IMG/VR virus record: IMGVR_UViG_3300020530_000006
DNA length: 64,000 bases
Source of the DNA: a virus
Strand: one strand, 5' to 3'
A program made the translations under genes and the position numbers. Below, piece by piece: positions 1-8,928 of the stretch (positions are counted from its first letter, which is position 1; each line of letters starts with the position of its first letter). The notes beneath the pieces are model-generated. The model was not told the DNA's origin and did no database searches. It saw only the letters and a list, made by a program, of their open reading frames with translations.

Positions 1-2
1 AT

Positions 3-113
3 TGGGTTGCTGATCCTGTAAATTCAGCATACAAGGCACACTTACAATCTCATGCTGTTCATTTTATTAATCAACCTAAATATTACAAGGGATTATTTGA
101 TATCTTAAATTAA
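3..113 (+). CDS. 3' end of a hypothetical protein (truncated by window edge)
   Basis: Open frame WVADPVNSAYKAHLQSHAVHFINQPKYYKGLFDILN* ends just before the AAGGA SD of the next gene. Confidence 0.6.
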   Translation, partial: WVADPVNSAYKAHLQSHAVHFINQPKYYKGLFDILN

Positions 114-122
114 GGAAACATT

Positions 123-542
123 ATGTCACAATCAGAATGGTTTGTTGTACCAAATATTAAAGAATTTACAGATAAGGCTAGATCAATAGTCTACAATAAT
201 TTTGGCGTTTGGAACAATAAAACAGATATGGATATCCTTATAGATGATGTGGCTCAAAATGAAAAAGCGGAATTTGATAAAGTATTATCTCATCAAGAGA
301 GTTTAGTAATAGTTAAAGAAAATCTGAAAAGAGAAAGAAATAAGATCACAAAAAAAATTAGATATATTCTAAACGATGATATATTTGCTGAGATAGTATA
401 TAAACTTAATGATAGGATGGTAAGTAATATTATTAGTGGTTTGGTTCAAAAGGGTTTAGTAGAAACTGCTTTTGATGAAGAGGCTAACGACTTTGTATTT
501 TGGGTAAAAAAAGATGAAGAAGAAAAACCAGAAACCGATTGA
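123..542 (+). CDS. hypothetical protein
   Basis: 139 aa ORF, AAGGA SD, overlaps next gene; possible winged-helix C-terminus (ISGLVQKGLVETAFD). Confidence 0.8.
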   Translation: MSQSEWFVVPNIKEFTDKARSIVYNNFGVWNNKTDMDILIDDVAQNEKAEFDKVLSHQESLVIVKENLKRERNKITKKIRYILNDDIFAEIVYKLNDRMVSNIISGLVQKGLVETAFDEEANDFVFWVKKDEEEKPETD

Positions 543-942
543 TATTGATAGCCACTTTAAATACAGATGTCCAAAAATTAATTGTGGCTATGATCATTGG
601 TTATCTTTCAAGCAAGTGAAAATAAAAAACTTTAAGGTGGTCTGCGATTGTGGAACTGTTTTTAAACCAAAAACTATCAAAAAAATTAAAATAGTATATG
701 AAAAAGATATTGAGCAACAACAGGTAGTACAAGTACCGCATAAAGAACAAATAGTCGAACAACCTAAGATTCCTCTTGATCTTGAAAAGCAATGTGGTAC
801 AATACTTACTGGTTATGGTTTTACGACAGAGGAGTGTTCGGTTCTTATAGCAAAAGCATATCAAAAAAACCAGACAAACAGTGCTGGTTCGTTGGTTAAA
901 TATATAATACAAAATTTGGGAGAATTAAATGAGTTCAATTAA
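514..942 (+). CDS. Zn-ribbon protein with C-terminal RuvA domain III-like helical domain
   Basis: N-terminal CPKINC...CDC; Q/P-rich linker; C-terminal ILTGYGFTTEECSVLIAKAY...SAGSLVKYIIQ matches the RuvA CTD pattern (ALxxLGYxxxEAxxxVxK...SxxxLIRxAL); overlaps ruvB start. Confidence 0.65.
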   Translation: MKKKNQKPIDIDSHFKYRCPKINCGYDHWLSFKQVKIKNFKVVCDCGTVFKPKTIKKIKIVYEKDIEQQQVVQVPHKEQIVEQPKIPLDLEKQCGTILTGYGFTTEECSVLIAKAYQKNQTNSAGSLVKYIIQNLGELNEFN

Positions 943-1819
943 GAGGCCAAGTTCTTTTGATAATATTGTTGGTCAGTCAGATGTTGTCAATAGGCTCCGT
1001 ATCTCCACAGAGGGCTGTAAAAAAACCGACTCTGTGCTGCCCCATGTTTTAATAGACGGCCCTCCTGGCCTTGGTAAAACGACAATAGCGGGTGCTATAG
1101 CAACAGAAATGGGAGTGAATCTGTATACCGCGAACGCTGCTAATCTAAGAAGTGTAAAAAGTGTTCTGCCATATTTGTTAAGAATGACTAAGCGTTCTGT
1201 TTTTTTTATAGACGAAATCCATAGATTACCAAAACTTGTGGAAGAATTTCTTTATCCTGTAATGGAAGACTTTAAGATCAATATTGTTCTAGAAAAAGAA
1301 CCAGAAGAAATAGAGATTCCAGCATTTACATTAGTTGGAGCAACTACTAGTGGTGGTAGTCTTAGTCAGCCATTTTATGATCGTTTTCAAATCAAAGAGC
1401 ATTTATCATTTTATACCGATATTGAGTTAGCTAAACTAGCAAGATTGAATTCTGATAGTCTAGGATTATCAATGGAAGATTCCGAACTATTAGAAATAGC
1501 AAAAAGAAGTAAAGGCACTCCAAGAATCCTAAATGGTAGGCTACAATGGTATAAAAACTACAAAATGTGTAGTAATGATAACACAACAGTAAACGATATA
1601 TTTCTTATTCAGGGTATTGATGAGTATGGTTTGGATGTGTACGATAGAATGTATTTAGACATTCTTAAAAATAACAAAGGTAATCCGTTGGGATTAAAGT
1701 CTATCAGTTCGTTAACAGGAATAGCAATAGAAACTATAGAAAATAGTATCGAACCATACCTAGTGCGAAAAGGATTTGCGAAAAGAACACAAAAGGGTAG
1801 AATTATAGGAGATATATAA
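929..1819 (+). CDS. ruvB: Holliday junction branch migration ATPase RuvB
   Basis: RPSSFDNIVGQ, Walker A GPPGLGKTT, Walker B FIDEIH, LYPVMEDF, GATT, DRF, GTPRI, EPYL..RTQKGR. Confidence 0.95.
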   Translation: MSSIKRPSSFDNIVGQSDVVNRLRISTEGCKKTDSVLPHVLIDGPPGLGKTTIAGAIATEMGVNLYTANAANLRSVKSVLPYLLRMTKRSVFFIDEIHRLPKLVEEFLYPVMEDFKINIVLEKEPEEIEIPAFTLVGATTSGGSLSQPFYDRFQIKEHLSFYTDIELAKLARLNSDSLGLSMEDSELLEIAKRSKGTPRILNGRLQWYKNYKMCSNDNTTVNDIFLIQGIDEYGLDVYDRMYLDILKNNKGNPLGLKSISSLTGIAIETIENSIEPYLVRKGFAKRTQKGRIIGDI

Positions 1820-1820
1820 C

Positions 1821-2117
1821 ATGGATCCTTTGATTATTATACTAATCATTCTCAATATTAATAGTCTATTAATTGGCTTTATTTTTGGTCGATTTGGTAG
1901 TCAGAATGGTGTATTAAATAATACTCATGGATCATTTTTAACCAAACAAAAACATCATATCAAAGAAAATAATAGTATATCAATAGACGATAAGAAAGTA
2001 GTTGTAGATATTAAAACCGATGGTTTGGAAAAAAAATACGATTCTTTAGGAGATATAAAAAAGACTCAAGATAATATAACAAACTCTGTAAATAAACTTA
2101 AAAATCTTAAGGGGTAA
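1821..2117 (+). CDS. small protein with N-terminal transmembrane anchor
   Basis: Hydrophobic LIIILIILNINSLLIGFIFG followed by a charged soluble tail; 1-3 nt gaps to both neighbours. Confidence 0.75.
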   Translation: MDPLIIILIILNINSLLIGFIFGRFGSQNGVLNNTHGSFLTKQKHHIKENNSISIDDKKVVVDIKTDGLEKKYDSLGDIKKTQDNITNSVNKLKNLKG

Positions 2118-2120
2118 ATT

Positions 2121-3122
2121 ATGGCAAAAGGTCTTGACGTAGGTACTAGTTTCATTGTTTTATCAAAAGATAATAACGGAAACATAGAGTATAAAGATTT
2201 TCGAGACGCATTTTATATTATTAAGCCAACAACCCCAGTAGCCACAAAAATGATAGAAAAAGGCTTATCTGGTAAGGTTTTTATTAAAGACAATGACGGC
2301 TCATTCATTATTCTTGGCAAAGATGCAATTGAAAAAGCAGTAGAACGTAATGACGCCGCAAAAAGACCCATGTATAGAGGCGTTGTTTCTGCTAAAGAAA
2401 AAGATGCTAAAAGAATTCTCGCATTTATTCTAAAAGAAGTAGTCGGCACAGCATCAGAGTCAGGGGAAAAACTGGTTTTCTGCGTTCCTGCTCAACCAGT
2501 AGATCAAGAAGATGAAGATTTTGATGTGGGTTATCATGAAGATGTTGTTAAAACAGTATTAGCAGAATGTGGTTATGATGCTAGAGCAATTAACGAAGCA
2601 GAAGCATTATGCTATGCTGAATTAGAAGGAGACGATTATACTGGTATAGCAATTAGTTGCGGTGCTGGTATGACAAATGTTTGCGTTATGTTAAATGGCG
2701 AACCAACAGTAGTCTTTAGCACAACAAAGTCAGGCGATTGGATTGATCGTATGAGTGCTGTAGCCACAGGAGAACCAGACAGTGTTGTTCAGGCAGAAAA
2801 AGAAGGCGGCGAATTTAAAATAGGCGAACCGAACGATAATCCAGTTCTATCCGCTGTTTCTGCTTATTATGATCGTCTTATTGATTATACAACAAAACAA
2901 TTAACATTTGCATTAACCGGTCACAGAGCTTTGCCAAAATTTAAAAATCCGCTTAAAATAGTTATAGCAGGAGGGACTTCTCAGGCCAAAGGTTATGTTG
3001 AAAAATTTAGAGAAAAATTAGTAGAAAATAATTTTCCACTACCAGTTAAAGAGGTAGTACATTCATCAGACCCACTTCATGCTGTTTCTAAGGGTTGCTT
3101 AATCGCATCAAAAGTTTTATGA
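2121..3122 (+). CDS. actin-fold ATPase (MreB/ParM/MamK superfamily, volactin-like)
   Basis: Phosphate-1 GLDVGTS, connect-1 INEAEALCYA, phosphate-2 ISCGAGMTNV, adenosine IAGGTS, connect-2 DPLHAVSKGCL. Confidence 0.9.
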   Translation: MAKGLDVGTSFIVLSKDNNGNIEYKDFRDAFYIIKPTTPVATKMIEKGLSGKVFIKDNDGSFIILGKDAIEKAVERNDAAKRPMYRGVVSAKEKDAKRILAFILKEVVGTASESGEKLVFCVPAQPVDQEDEDFDVGYHEDVVKTVLAECGYDARAINEAEALCYAELEGDDYTGIAISCGAGMTNVCVMLNGEPTVVFSTTKSGDWIDRMSAVATGEPDSVVQAEKEGGEFKIGEPNDNPVLSAVSAYYDRLIDYTTKQLTFALTGHRALPKFKNPLKIVIAGGTSQAKGYVEKFREKLVENNFPLPVKEVVHSSDPLHAVSKGCLIASKVL

Positions 3123-3772
3123 GTAATTATCTAAATATAGACACTCCAACCTTTTTTTGTTATCTAGATACAAATTTTTTCTATAATAAACCCCCGGATA
3201 TTAACTCTAAAAGAATAGTAGTAGAGGTTTTTAATTTTACTAGTATTCCACAAAGATGTGGTCTTTTTTCTGTTATGACAGAATACGGTAGTCAACACGC
3301 AAGAGTACCTATCCACTATTTGAGAGCAAACGAATCTGGTGGCTCAAACTACCCATTAGACTGGATTCAACTTTGGGATAGTATTAGTTATTATGCCTCC
3401 ATTAAGATAGATCAGTACACAAAAAATAGAGCAGCTAATATCTTCCTAAAAGATAAGAAGCTACATAAAGCTAAATATATGTTTACTATAGATTGGTGTC
3501 TAGGCCCACAATATCAAAATGGCTACGGCGAAATGTCAGCAGGACACAAGTGTGGTCATTTTTTCCAGGGGTTTGATGGTCAATATTTTTTACAACCCAA
3601 TAACAGAGTTCTTTGGATGGATGGTGGCAGTTTCATAGCCAAAAAATTTGATAAAAAACCAGACTGGGAAGTATTTAGTTTAGAATTTAGTTGTGAAAAT
3701 ACTGGAAGCAGATGGGTTAGCGAAAGTGAAGAAGAATTATATTTTTATGAATTTAAAGAAAAAAATTTATAA
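3119..3772 (+). CDS. conserved phage hypothetical protein
   Basis: ATGA overlap with actin gene; RVPIH, QLWD, YMFTIDW, HKCGH, QPNNR pattern suggests a metal-binding fold. Confidence 0.75.
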   Translation: MSNYLNIDTPTFFCYLDTNFFYNKPPDINSKRIVVEVFNFTSIPQRCGLFSVMTEYGSQHARVPIHYLRANESGGSNYPLDWIQLWDSISYYASIKIDQYTKNRAANIFLKDKKLHKAKYMFTIDWCLGPQYQNGYGEMSAGHKCGHFFQGFDGQYFLQPNNRVLWMDGGSFIAKKFDKKPDWEVFSLEFSCENTGSRWVSESEEELYFYEFKEKNL

Positions 3773-3775
3773 TAA

Positions 3776-3790
3776 GTGTATTTAGGTACG
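3776..3790 (+). promoter_or_regulatory. candidate phage late-promoter motif GTGTAT+AT-rich
   Basis: GTGTAT in the short intergenic gap before the protease; same motif in gaps at 26483 and 27123. Confidence 0.35.
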
Positions 3791-3823
3791 GTAAAAATAA
3801 ATCCTATAAAATATAGGTGATAT

Positions 3824-4585
3824 ATGTTTGGTTTATCTCGTAGAATTTTTCTTTTATCAGTAATAGCATCTCCAATATATGCTGGAACTCGTGATCCTAG
3901 GATTAAAGACGCAGAATACATAGAATATGCTAACTCATTTAAAACTGTTGGTAAAATTTGTGGATTAGCAAAAGACGGATCCAAATTTTGTGGTTCCGCT
4001 GTCGCCATAGATGATTATCACATATTAACAGCGGCCCATGTTATTCAAGGAAGCGTATCATGTTCGTTTTATATAAATGATAAAGAATACTGTATACCAG
4101 ATATAAGAATGCACAAAAATTTTGAAAATGGTGGTTTTGGAGTAGCAGACATAGCAATCGGTAGGTCAAAATTATCTTTTGATCTTGACAAATATCCAGA
4201 ACTATACAATGAGGAAAATGAAGTTGGTAAAGAGTGTGCAATTTGTGGTTATGGATTTAGCGGAACATTTGAAACAGGCTCCAAATTTTATGATGACAAA
4301 AAAAGAGCAGGACTGAATAGGATAGATAATATAGAAAAAGATATGCTAGTATGCTCATCATCTGATAAAACAGATAAAAATATTACAAAAATGGAGTTTC
4401 TAATAGCCAGCGGAGATAGCGGCGGGGGACTTTTTATTAATAATAGACTGGCTGGTATTAATTCTTGTGTCATGGCAGTTGACAGATCGCCACAGTCGAA
4501 ATATAATGAAGAGTCTGGTCATACTAGAATTTCTAAGTTTTTGGATTGGATAAATGAATATAGGAAAAATAAAGAAGAAAAATGA
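3824..4585 (+). CDS. trypsin-like (S1) serine protease with Tat-like signal peptide
   Basis: Triad motifs LTAAH, ADIA, GDSGG; N-terminal SRRIFLL + hydrophobic stretch + IYA. Confidence 0.9.
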   Translation: MFGLSRRIFLLSVIASPIYAGTRDPRIKDAEYIEYANSFKTVGKICGLAKDGSKFCGSAVAIDDYHILTAAHVIQGSVSCSFYINDKEYCIPDIRMHKNFENGGFGVADIAIGRSKLSFDLDKYPELYNEENEVGKECAICGYGFSGTFETGSKFYDDKKRAGLNRIDNIEKDMLVCSSSDKTDKNITKMEFLIASGDSGGGLFINNRLAGINSCVMAVDRSPQSKYNEESGHTRISKFLDWINEYRKNKEEK

Positions 4586-4776
4586 AAGATGATTTAGATA
4601 GAGAAAACAGAAAAATAAATAATAAAAGTTCTAATAAGAAATTTAAAAAATTTATTTCTGATGATCAAAAACTTGCCAATAAAGCCAAAAAGGCTTTTAA
4701 AAATCGTGTACAAGAAATCAAGGAAGATGAACTTTTAGACGACATGGAATACTACGATAAATATAGTGATATATGA
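4582..4776 (+). CDS. small charged hypothetical protein
   Basis: 64 aa, ATGA overlaps at both ends. Confidence 0.7.
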   Translation: MKDDLDRENRKINNKSSNKKFKKFISDDQKLANKAKKAFKNRVQEIKEDELLDDMEYYDKYSDI

Positions 4777-5015
4777 AATATGTAGAAGAATTATTAGCTG
4801 GTAATTGTTTTATCTACAATAATAATTATTATTTAATAACAGTTAATTTTAAATCTAATAATCAAAGACTTTGTTATAATTTAGATTCAGGATTCCCTCA
4901 CTGGATATCAGGAGAAACAATAGTTGATGATATACAAATATATACTATGGATGAAAAAAATACCATAATTCCAATCAAAGAAAATAAAAAGGAACACAAG
5001 AATGTATCTTCTTAA
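4773..5015 (+). CDS. hypothetical protein
   Basis: 80 aa, translationally coupled to neighbours. Confidence 0.7.
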   Translation: MKYVEELLAGNCFIYNNNYYLITVNFKSNNQRLCYNLDSGFPHWISGETIVDDIQIYTMDEKNTIIPIKENKKEHKNVSS

Positions 5016-5238
5016 AATTAAAAATTTTATAAAATCATTAATATGGCATGCCTACTCTGGTTTTCCTAAAAGTAGTCAAGAACTAATTAATTATAGATAT
5101 AAAATATGTAATGATTGCGACATGATGAATAAATCAGCGAATCAGTGTCTGGTTTGTGGATGCAACATAAGTAATAAAAAAATCTTTATGAATAAATTAG
5201 CCTGGAAGGATCAGGCTTGTCCAAAAAATAAATGGTAA
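5002..5238 (+). CDS. small Cys-rich putative Zn-binding protein
   Basis: RYKICNDC...CLVCGC...K...ACPKNKW. Confidence 0.75.
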   Translation: MYLLKIKNFIKSLIWHAYSGFPKSSQELINYRYKICNDCDMMNKSANQCLVCGCNISNKKIFMNKLAWKDQACPKNKW

Positions 5239-5239
5239 A

Positions 5240-5941
5240 ATGCAATACTACTATATTAATCTAGACAGAAGAAAAGAAAGGAATAAACACTTTTTATCAG
5301 AAATTAAAAAATCTAAGATTATATCAAGTCGTATAAAAAGATTTAGTGCGGTAGATGGATTTCAATTAGATATTAAAAATATATCAAATAATATTCTAAC
5401 AGAAAAAAGTAAATCAGAATTATTAGATAAAAATAAAACATTCGGCATCTCTTTAACTTATGGCGCTGTTGGATGTGCTTTGTCTCATTACGAACTATAC
5501 AAAAAATGTATTGATACTAATGAAGATTTTTTGATTCTGGAAGACGATGTTACTATAGATCCAATAATAGATAAATATTTAGAAGATTATATAGACTATT
5601 TTAAATATGATCTTCTTTATTTTGGTTTTCACAGACATTCTCATACAGAATTAAAGAAAGTACATCCCTTGATCAACAGGATTACTGGCAATGTATGGGG
5701 TACATTTGCTTATGTTGTTACTCCAAATTTTTGTAAATATTGCATAGAAAAAATCTTCCCTATTTCAATACAGTTTGATAGTGAAATTAGTAAACATATA
5801 AATCAGAAAAAAATTATAGCTATGGCATTTAATACTAATGTTATACAAGCAAGACATTTAGGAACAGATATACAAGGTGGAGATGGAATGAAATTAATTG
5901 AAAATATTGAACAAGACCCTTGGACAATGGTGTTTGGATGA
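5240..5941 (+). CDS. glycosyltransferase family 25
   Basis: YINLDRRKER, RFSAVDG, GCALSH, LILEDD. Confidence 0.9.
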   Translation: MQYYYINLDRRKERNKHFLSEIKKSKIISSRIKRFSAVDGFQLDIKNISNNILTEKSKSELLDKNKTFGISLTYGAVGCALSHYELYKKCIDTNEDFLILEDDVTIDPIIDKYLEDYIDYFKYDLLYFGFHRHSHTELKKVHPLINRITGNVWGTFAYVVTPNFCKYCIEKIFPISIQFDSEISKHINQKKIIAMAFNTNVIQARHLGTDIQGGDGMKLIENIEQDPWTMVFG

Positions 5942-6735
5942 CAGATGAATTTGACTCTTTATTTTCTAAGTCACTAGAAATACCAAAACAAGAAGTAAAA
6001 GAAGAGGTAAAAGAACAAATAAAATGCAAGTGTAATAGAAATACATTTACTGGCATTGTTAGCCAAAGAAGATCATTCTCAGAGTGTTCTAATTTTCAAC
6101 CATTTTATCACATAGCAGCAATGAATAATTGGAAAGAAGTAGTCAAAGAACAAAAAGATATTTGTGATCAATTAAATTTAAAACCTATTTGTGGAATCTT
6201 AGGATCTAATAAAGATGCCGAGTGGACAAGATCAATAGGCTTAAATATACAATATCATAGTAAAAATATTCATGAATATGAAACACCAACTTTAAAAATG
6301 TTATATGATTGGTCAAAGAACAATCCAGATGGTAGAGTTTTATATTTTCACACAAAAGGAGTGTCAGCACCAGAGATTATTGGTAAAAAATATTGGAGAT
6401 GGATTATGAATGAACAAATATTAATAAACTATAAAGATAATTTAAAAAGATTAGACATAGCAGATATACTTGGTATCAGTTGGATGCGCAGTAATTTTGC
6501 TCATTTTGCTGGTAATTTCTGGATGGCTAGATGTGATTGGATAAATATCTTAAAAGATCCTATTGATCATCAAAAAATTAATGGACCAATTGTTGCTGGT
6601 AATCCATGGAAAAGAATGAGCGCTGAATTATGGTTGGGGAGTAAACCTTATCATATAGCAGATTCATTGTGTGGAGAAAATTTGTGTATGTATTGCGAAG
6701 ATTTAGATTTATACGACAAATATAGGAATATTTAG
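5938..6735 (+). CDS. putative glycan-modifying protein
   Basis: VLYFHTKG and HFAGNFWMAR motifs typical of phage glyco-cluster proteins; ATGA overlap. Confidence 0.6.
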   Translation: MTDEFDSLFSKSLEIPKQEVKEEVKEQIKCKCNRNTFTGIVSQRRSFSECSNFQPFYHIAAMNNWKEVVKEQKDICDQLNLKPICGILGSNKDAEWTRSIGLNIQYHSKNIHEYETPTLKMLYDWSKNNPDGRVLYFHTKGVSAPEIIGKKYWRWIMNEQILINYKDNLKRLDIADILGISWMRSNFAHFAGNFWMARCDWINILKDPIDHQKINGPIVAGNPWKRMSAELWLGSKPYHIADSLCGENLCMYCEDLDLYDKYRNI

Positions 6736-6736
6736 A

Positions 6737-7372
6737 ATGAAAATCTATACCGTCCATTCAGATTCTCATAATGAATTGTATGATAAATTCTTTCTACCAA
6801 CATTGCCAAAAGACGTAGAACTTAATAGTTATTTTATTCCTCAAGAATGTAAAACCGCAAATTTTAAAGAAAATGGATGGAAACAAACCTGTTACAAAAA
6901 AACAGAAATTTTTTTAAGAGCGTGTGAAGAAAACAGAAATAGTCTTTTTCTTTTTGCTGATGTTGATATACAGTTCTTTAGTCCAAAAATAGTTGATATT
7001 CTTCTGGAAGAATTACAAGATTATGACATAGCCTGTCAGTATGACACCGGTTATTTACCATATTGTTCTGGATTTTTTATTTCCAGAGTTAATGATAGAA
7101 CTATAAATTTATTCAACACAATAAATAAAGAATATATAGAAGAAGATCAAACCTCATTAAATATACATATAAATAAATGTAAAGCTAAATTTTTATCAAA
7201 TAAATTTTATACAGTAGCACAAAGTATCGGTATGGTATGGAATGGTCAAGATTTTAATATTCCTGCCGATATAATTATGCACCATGCTAATTGGATTGTT
7301 GGTGTTCAAAATAAAATCAAACTACTAAATTTAGTCAAAGACAAATATGAATCATTACCAAAAATATCTTAA
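6737..7372 (+). CDS. nucleotide-diphospho-sugar transferase (GT-A, GT77-like)
   Basis: LFADVDIQFF DxD motif, CSGFF, EDQ, HHANW. Confidence 0.8.
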   Translation: MKIYTVHSDSHNELYDKFFLPTLPKDVELNSYFIPQECKTANFKENGWKQTCYKKTEIFLRACEENRNSLFLFADVDIQFFSPKIVDILLEELQDYDIACQYDTGYLPYCSGFFISRVNDRTINLFNTINKEYIEEDQTSLNIHINKCKAKFLSNKFYTVAQSIGMVWNGQDFNIPADIIMHHANWIVGVQNKIKLLNLVKDKYESLPKIS

Positions 7373-8234
7373 TGATTTTTTTTCTGAGTTCAGACCAGAA
7401 CCAAATTATCCGACATATCCACCGTATCATACTGGTCTTTATTTAGAAGACTATTTTTATAAAGAATACAATAAAGAAAATATTGAACATATATTCTATA
7501 TTCCTGTTTCTTGGACAACAACTTATATTCAGAACCAGGACAATAACTTACAAGAAAAACTAAATAGTCTCGAAAAAGATAAGAAATATTTTACTGTTTG
7601 CCAACACGACGATGCTCCAAAAGAAAATTTACCATATGACTGTTTGATATTTGCTGCCGGTGGAAATATTATAAAACAGAACACAATACCTATTCCGCTT
7701 ATATGTTCGAATATACCGTCAAATTTGATTGTATCCAACGAACCCAAAAAATATTTAGCCTCTTTTGTTGGGTCTATCACCCATCAATTGAGATATGAAA
7801 TCTATAATAAATATGCAAATAATGAAAAATTTCTAGTAAAAGCAAAACAATGGACGCCTACCGTTACAGATAATAACCTTGCTGATTTTATTAAAATTAC
7901 TCAGCAGAGTTATTTTACCTTTTGTCCTCGTGGATATGGTCTTAATTCTTTTAGATTATATGAGTCTTTTCAATTAGGGTCTGTTCCAATTATCGTAACA
8001 GATAAACCATTTTTACCAATGTCAGAATTATTTGATTGGAATAGTGCTGCGATTATAATAAATATGTCTGGTCTTGATAATCTTGAAAAGTCATTAATAG
8101 ATATAATAAATACCAATTATAATAGCTATATAACTTATGGCAAAAAAATCTATAATCAATATTTTACATTAAATAAATTATATAAGTATATCATGGAGAA
8201 AATTTGTGAAAAAAATACTACTACAAGTAGCTAA
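7347..8234 (+). CDS. exostosin-family glycosyltransferase (GT47)
   Basis: LASFVGS, FTFCPRGYG..SFRLYESFQLGSVPII. Confidence 0.85.
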   Translation: MNHYQKYLNDFFSEFRPEPNYPTYPPYHTGLYLEDYFYKEYNKENIEHIFYIPVSWTTTYIQNQDNNLQEKLNSLEKDKKYFTVCQHDDAPKENLPYDCLIFAAGGNIIKQNTIPIPLICSNIPSNLIVSNEPKKYLASFVGSITHQLRYEIYNKYANNEKFLVKAKQWTPTVTDNNLADFIKITQQSYFTFCPRGYGLNSFRLYESFQLGSVPIIVTDKPFLPMSELFDWNSAAIIINMSGLDNLEKSLIDIINTNYNSYITYGKKIYNQYFTLNKLYKYIMEKICEKNTTTSS

Positions 8235-8928
8235 CTATCAAGACTATAGACAAGACTATTTTCTAAAATTTCAAGAAAAAACCAAAAATTTTGCATTAAG
8301 ACATAACTATATCTACCATCATTTTGATACCAAAATTGGAGACAGAAACTATAGTTGGCAAAAAATTGTAAGAGCAAATGAATTATTGCAAGATAAGTAT
8401 ATCAATGATGACGATATCATCTTCTGCCTAGATGCTGACGCTTGCATATTTGATATGTCAGACGATTTTCCTTGTATAAATAATTTTAATTATGCAATAG
8501 ATAATGGAAATACTCATTGTATGGGTATTTGGTCTATGAGAATTAACGATTGGACTAGAAAATTATTGGAAAATTTTTTAGATCAAAACCTATATGATAA
8601 GTATAAAAATACAGAATTATGGCAAACTTGGTCGGAGCAAGGATGTTGGTATACATTAACGGGTCTACCAAGGCATAGTTGGTTAAGTTATAAAAATTTA
8701 GAAAATTATGGCTGGAATTCTGTGATTAACGACGATATGCTATACGGCATACAACAACTAAATAATAATGTTTGTATACTAGATACAAAATGGAATACAA
8801 CAATTCTTGAAGAAGATTATAATACAATAGATTCAAATATTCAACAGTATAACATAGTGAAAACTAAAAAAGAAGACACAAAAATTAGACATTTTGGTGG
8901 ACAAAAGTGGCGATTAGATTATTTATGA
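8206..8928 (+). CDS. GT34-like glycosyltransferase
   Basis: GTG start with GGAG SD; SWQK, FCLDADA, WSEQ, IRHFGG. Confidence 0.7.
   Translation: MKKILLQVANYQDYRQDYFLKFQEKTKNFALRHNYIYHHFDTKIGDRNYSWQKIVRANELLQDKYINDDDIIFCLDADACIFDMSDDFPCINNFNYAIDNGNTHCMGIWSMRINDWTRKLLENFLDQNLYDKYKNTELWQTWSEQGCWYTLTGLPRHSWLSYKNLENYGWNSVINDDMLYGIQQLNNNVCILDTKWNTTILEEDYNTIDSNIQQYNIVKTKKEDTKIRHFGGQKWRLDYL

Noticed and set aside
4773-5015. Similarity of this ORF's N-terminus (MKYVEELLAGNCFIYNNNYY) to the 59-aa ORF at 45265 (MKFHELAVGEKFKMNNLEY)
   Set aside because: Too short and generic to claim paralogy without a profile search
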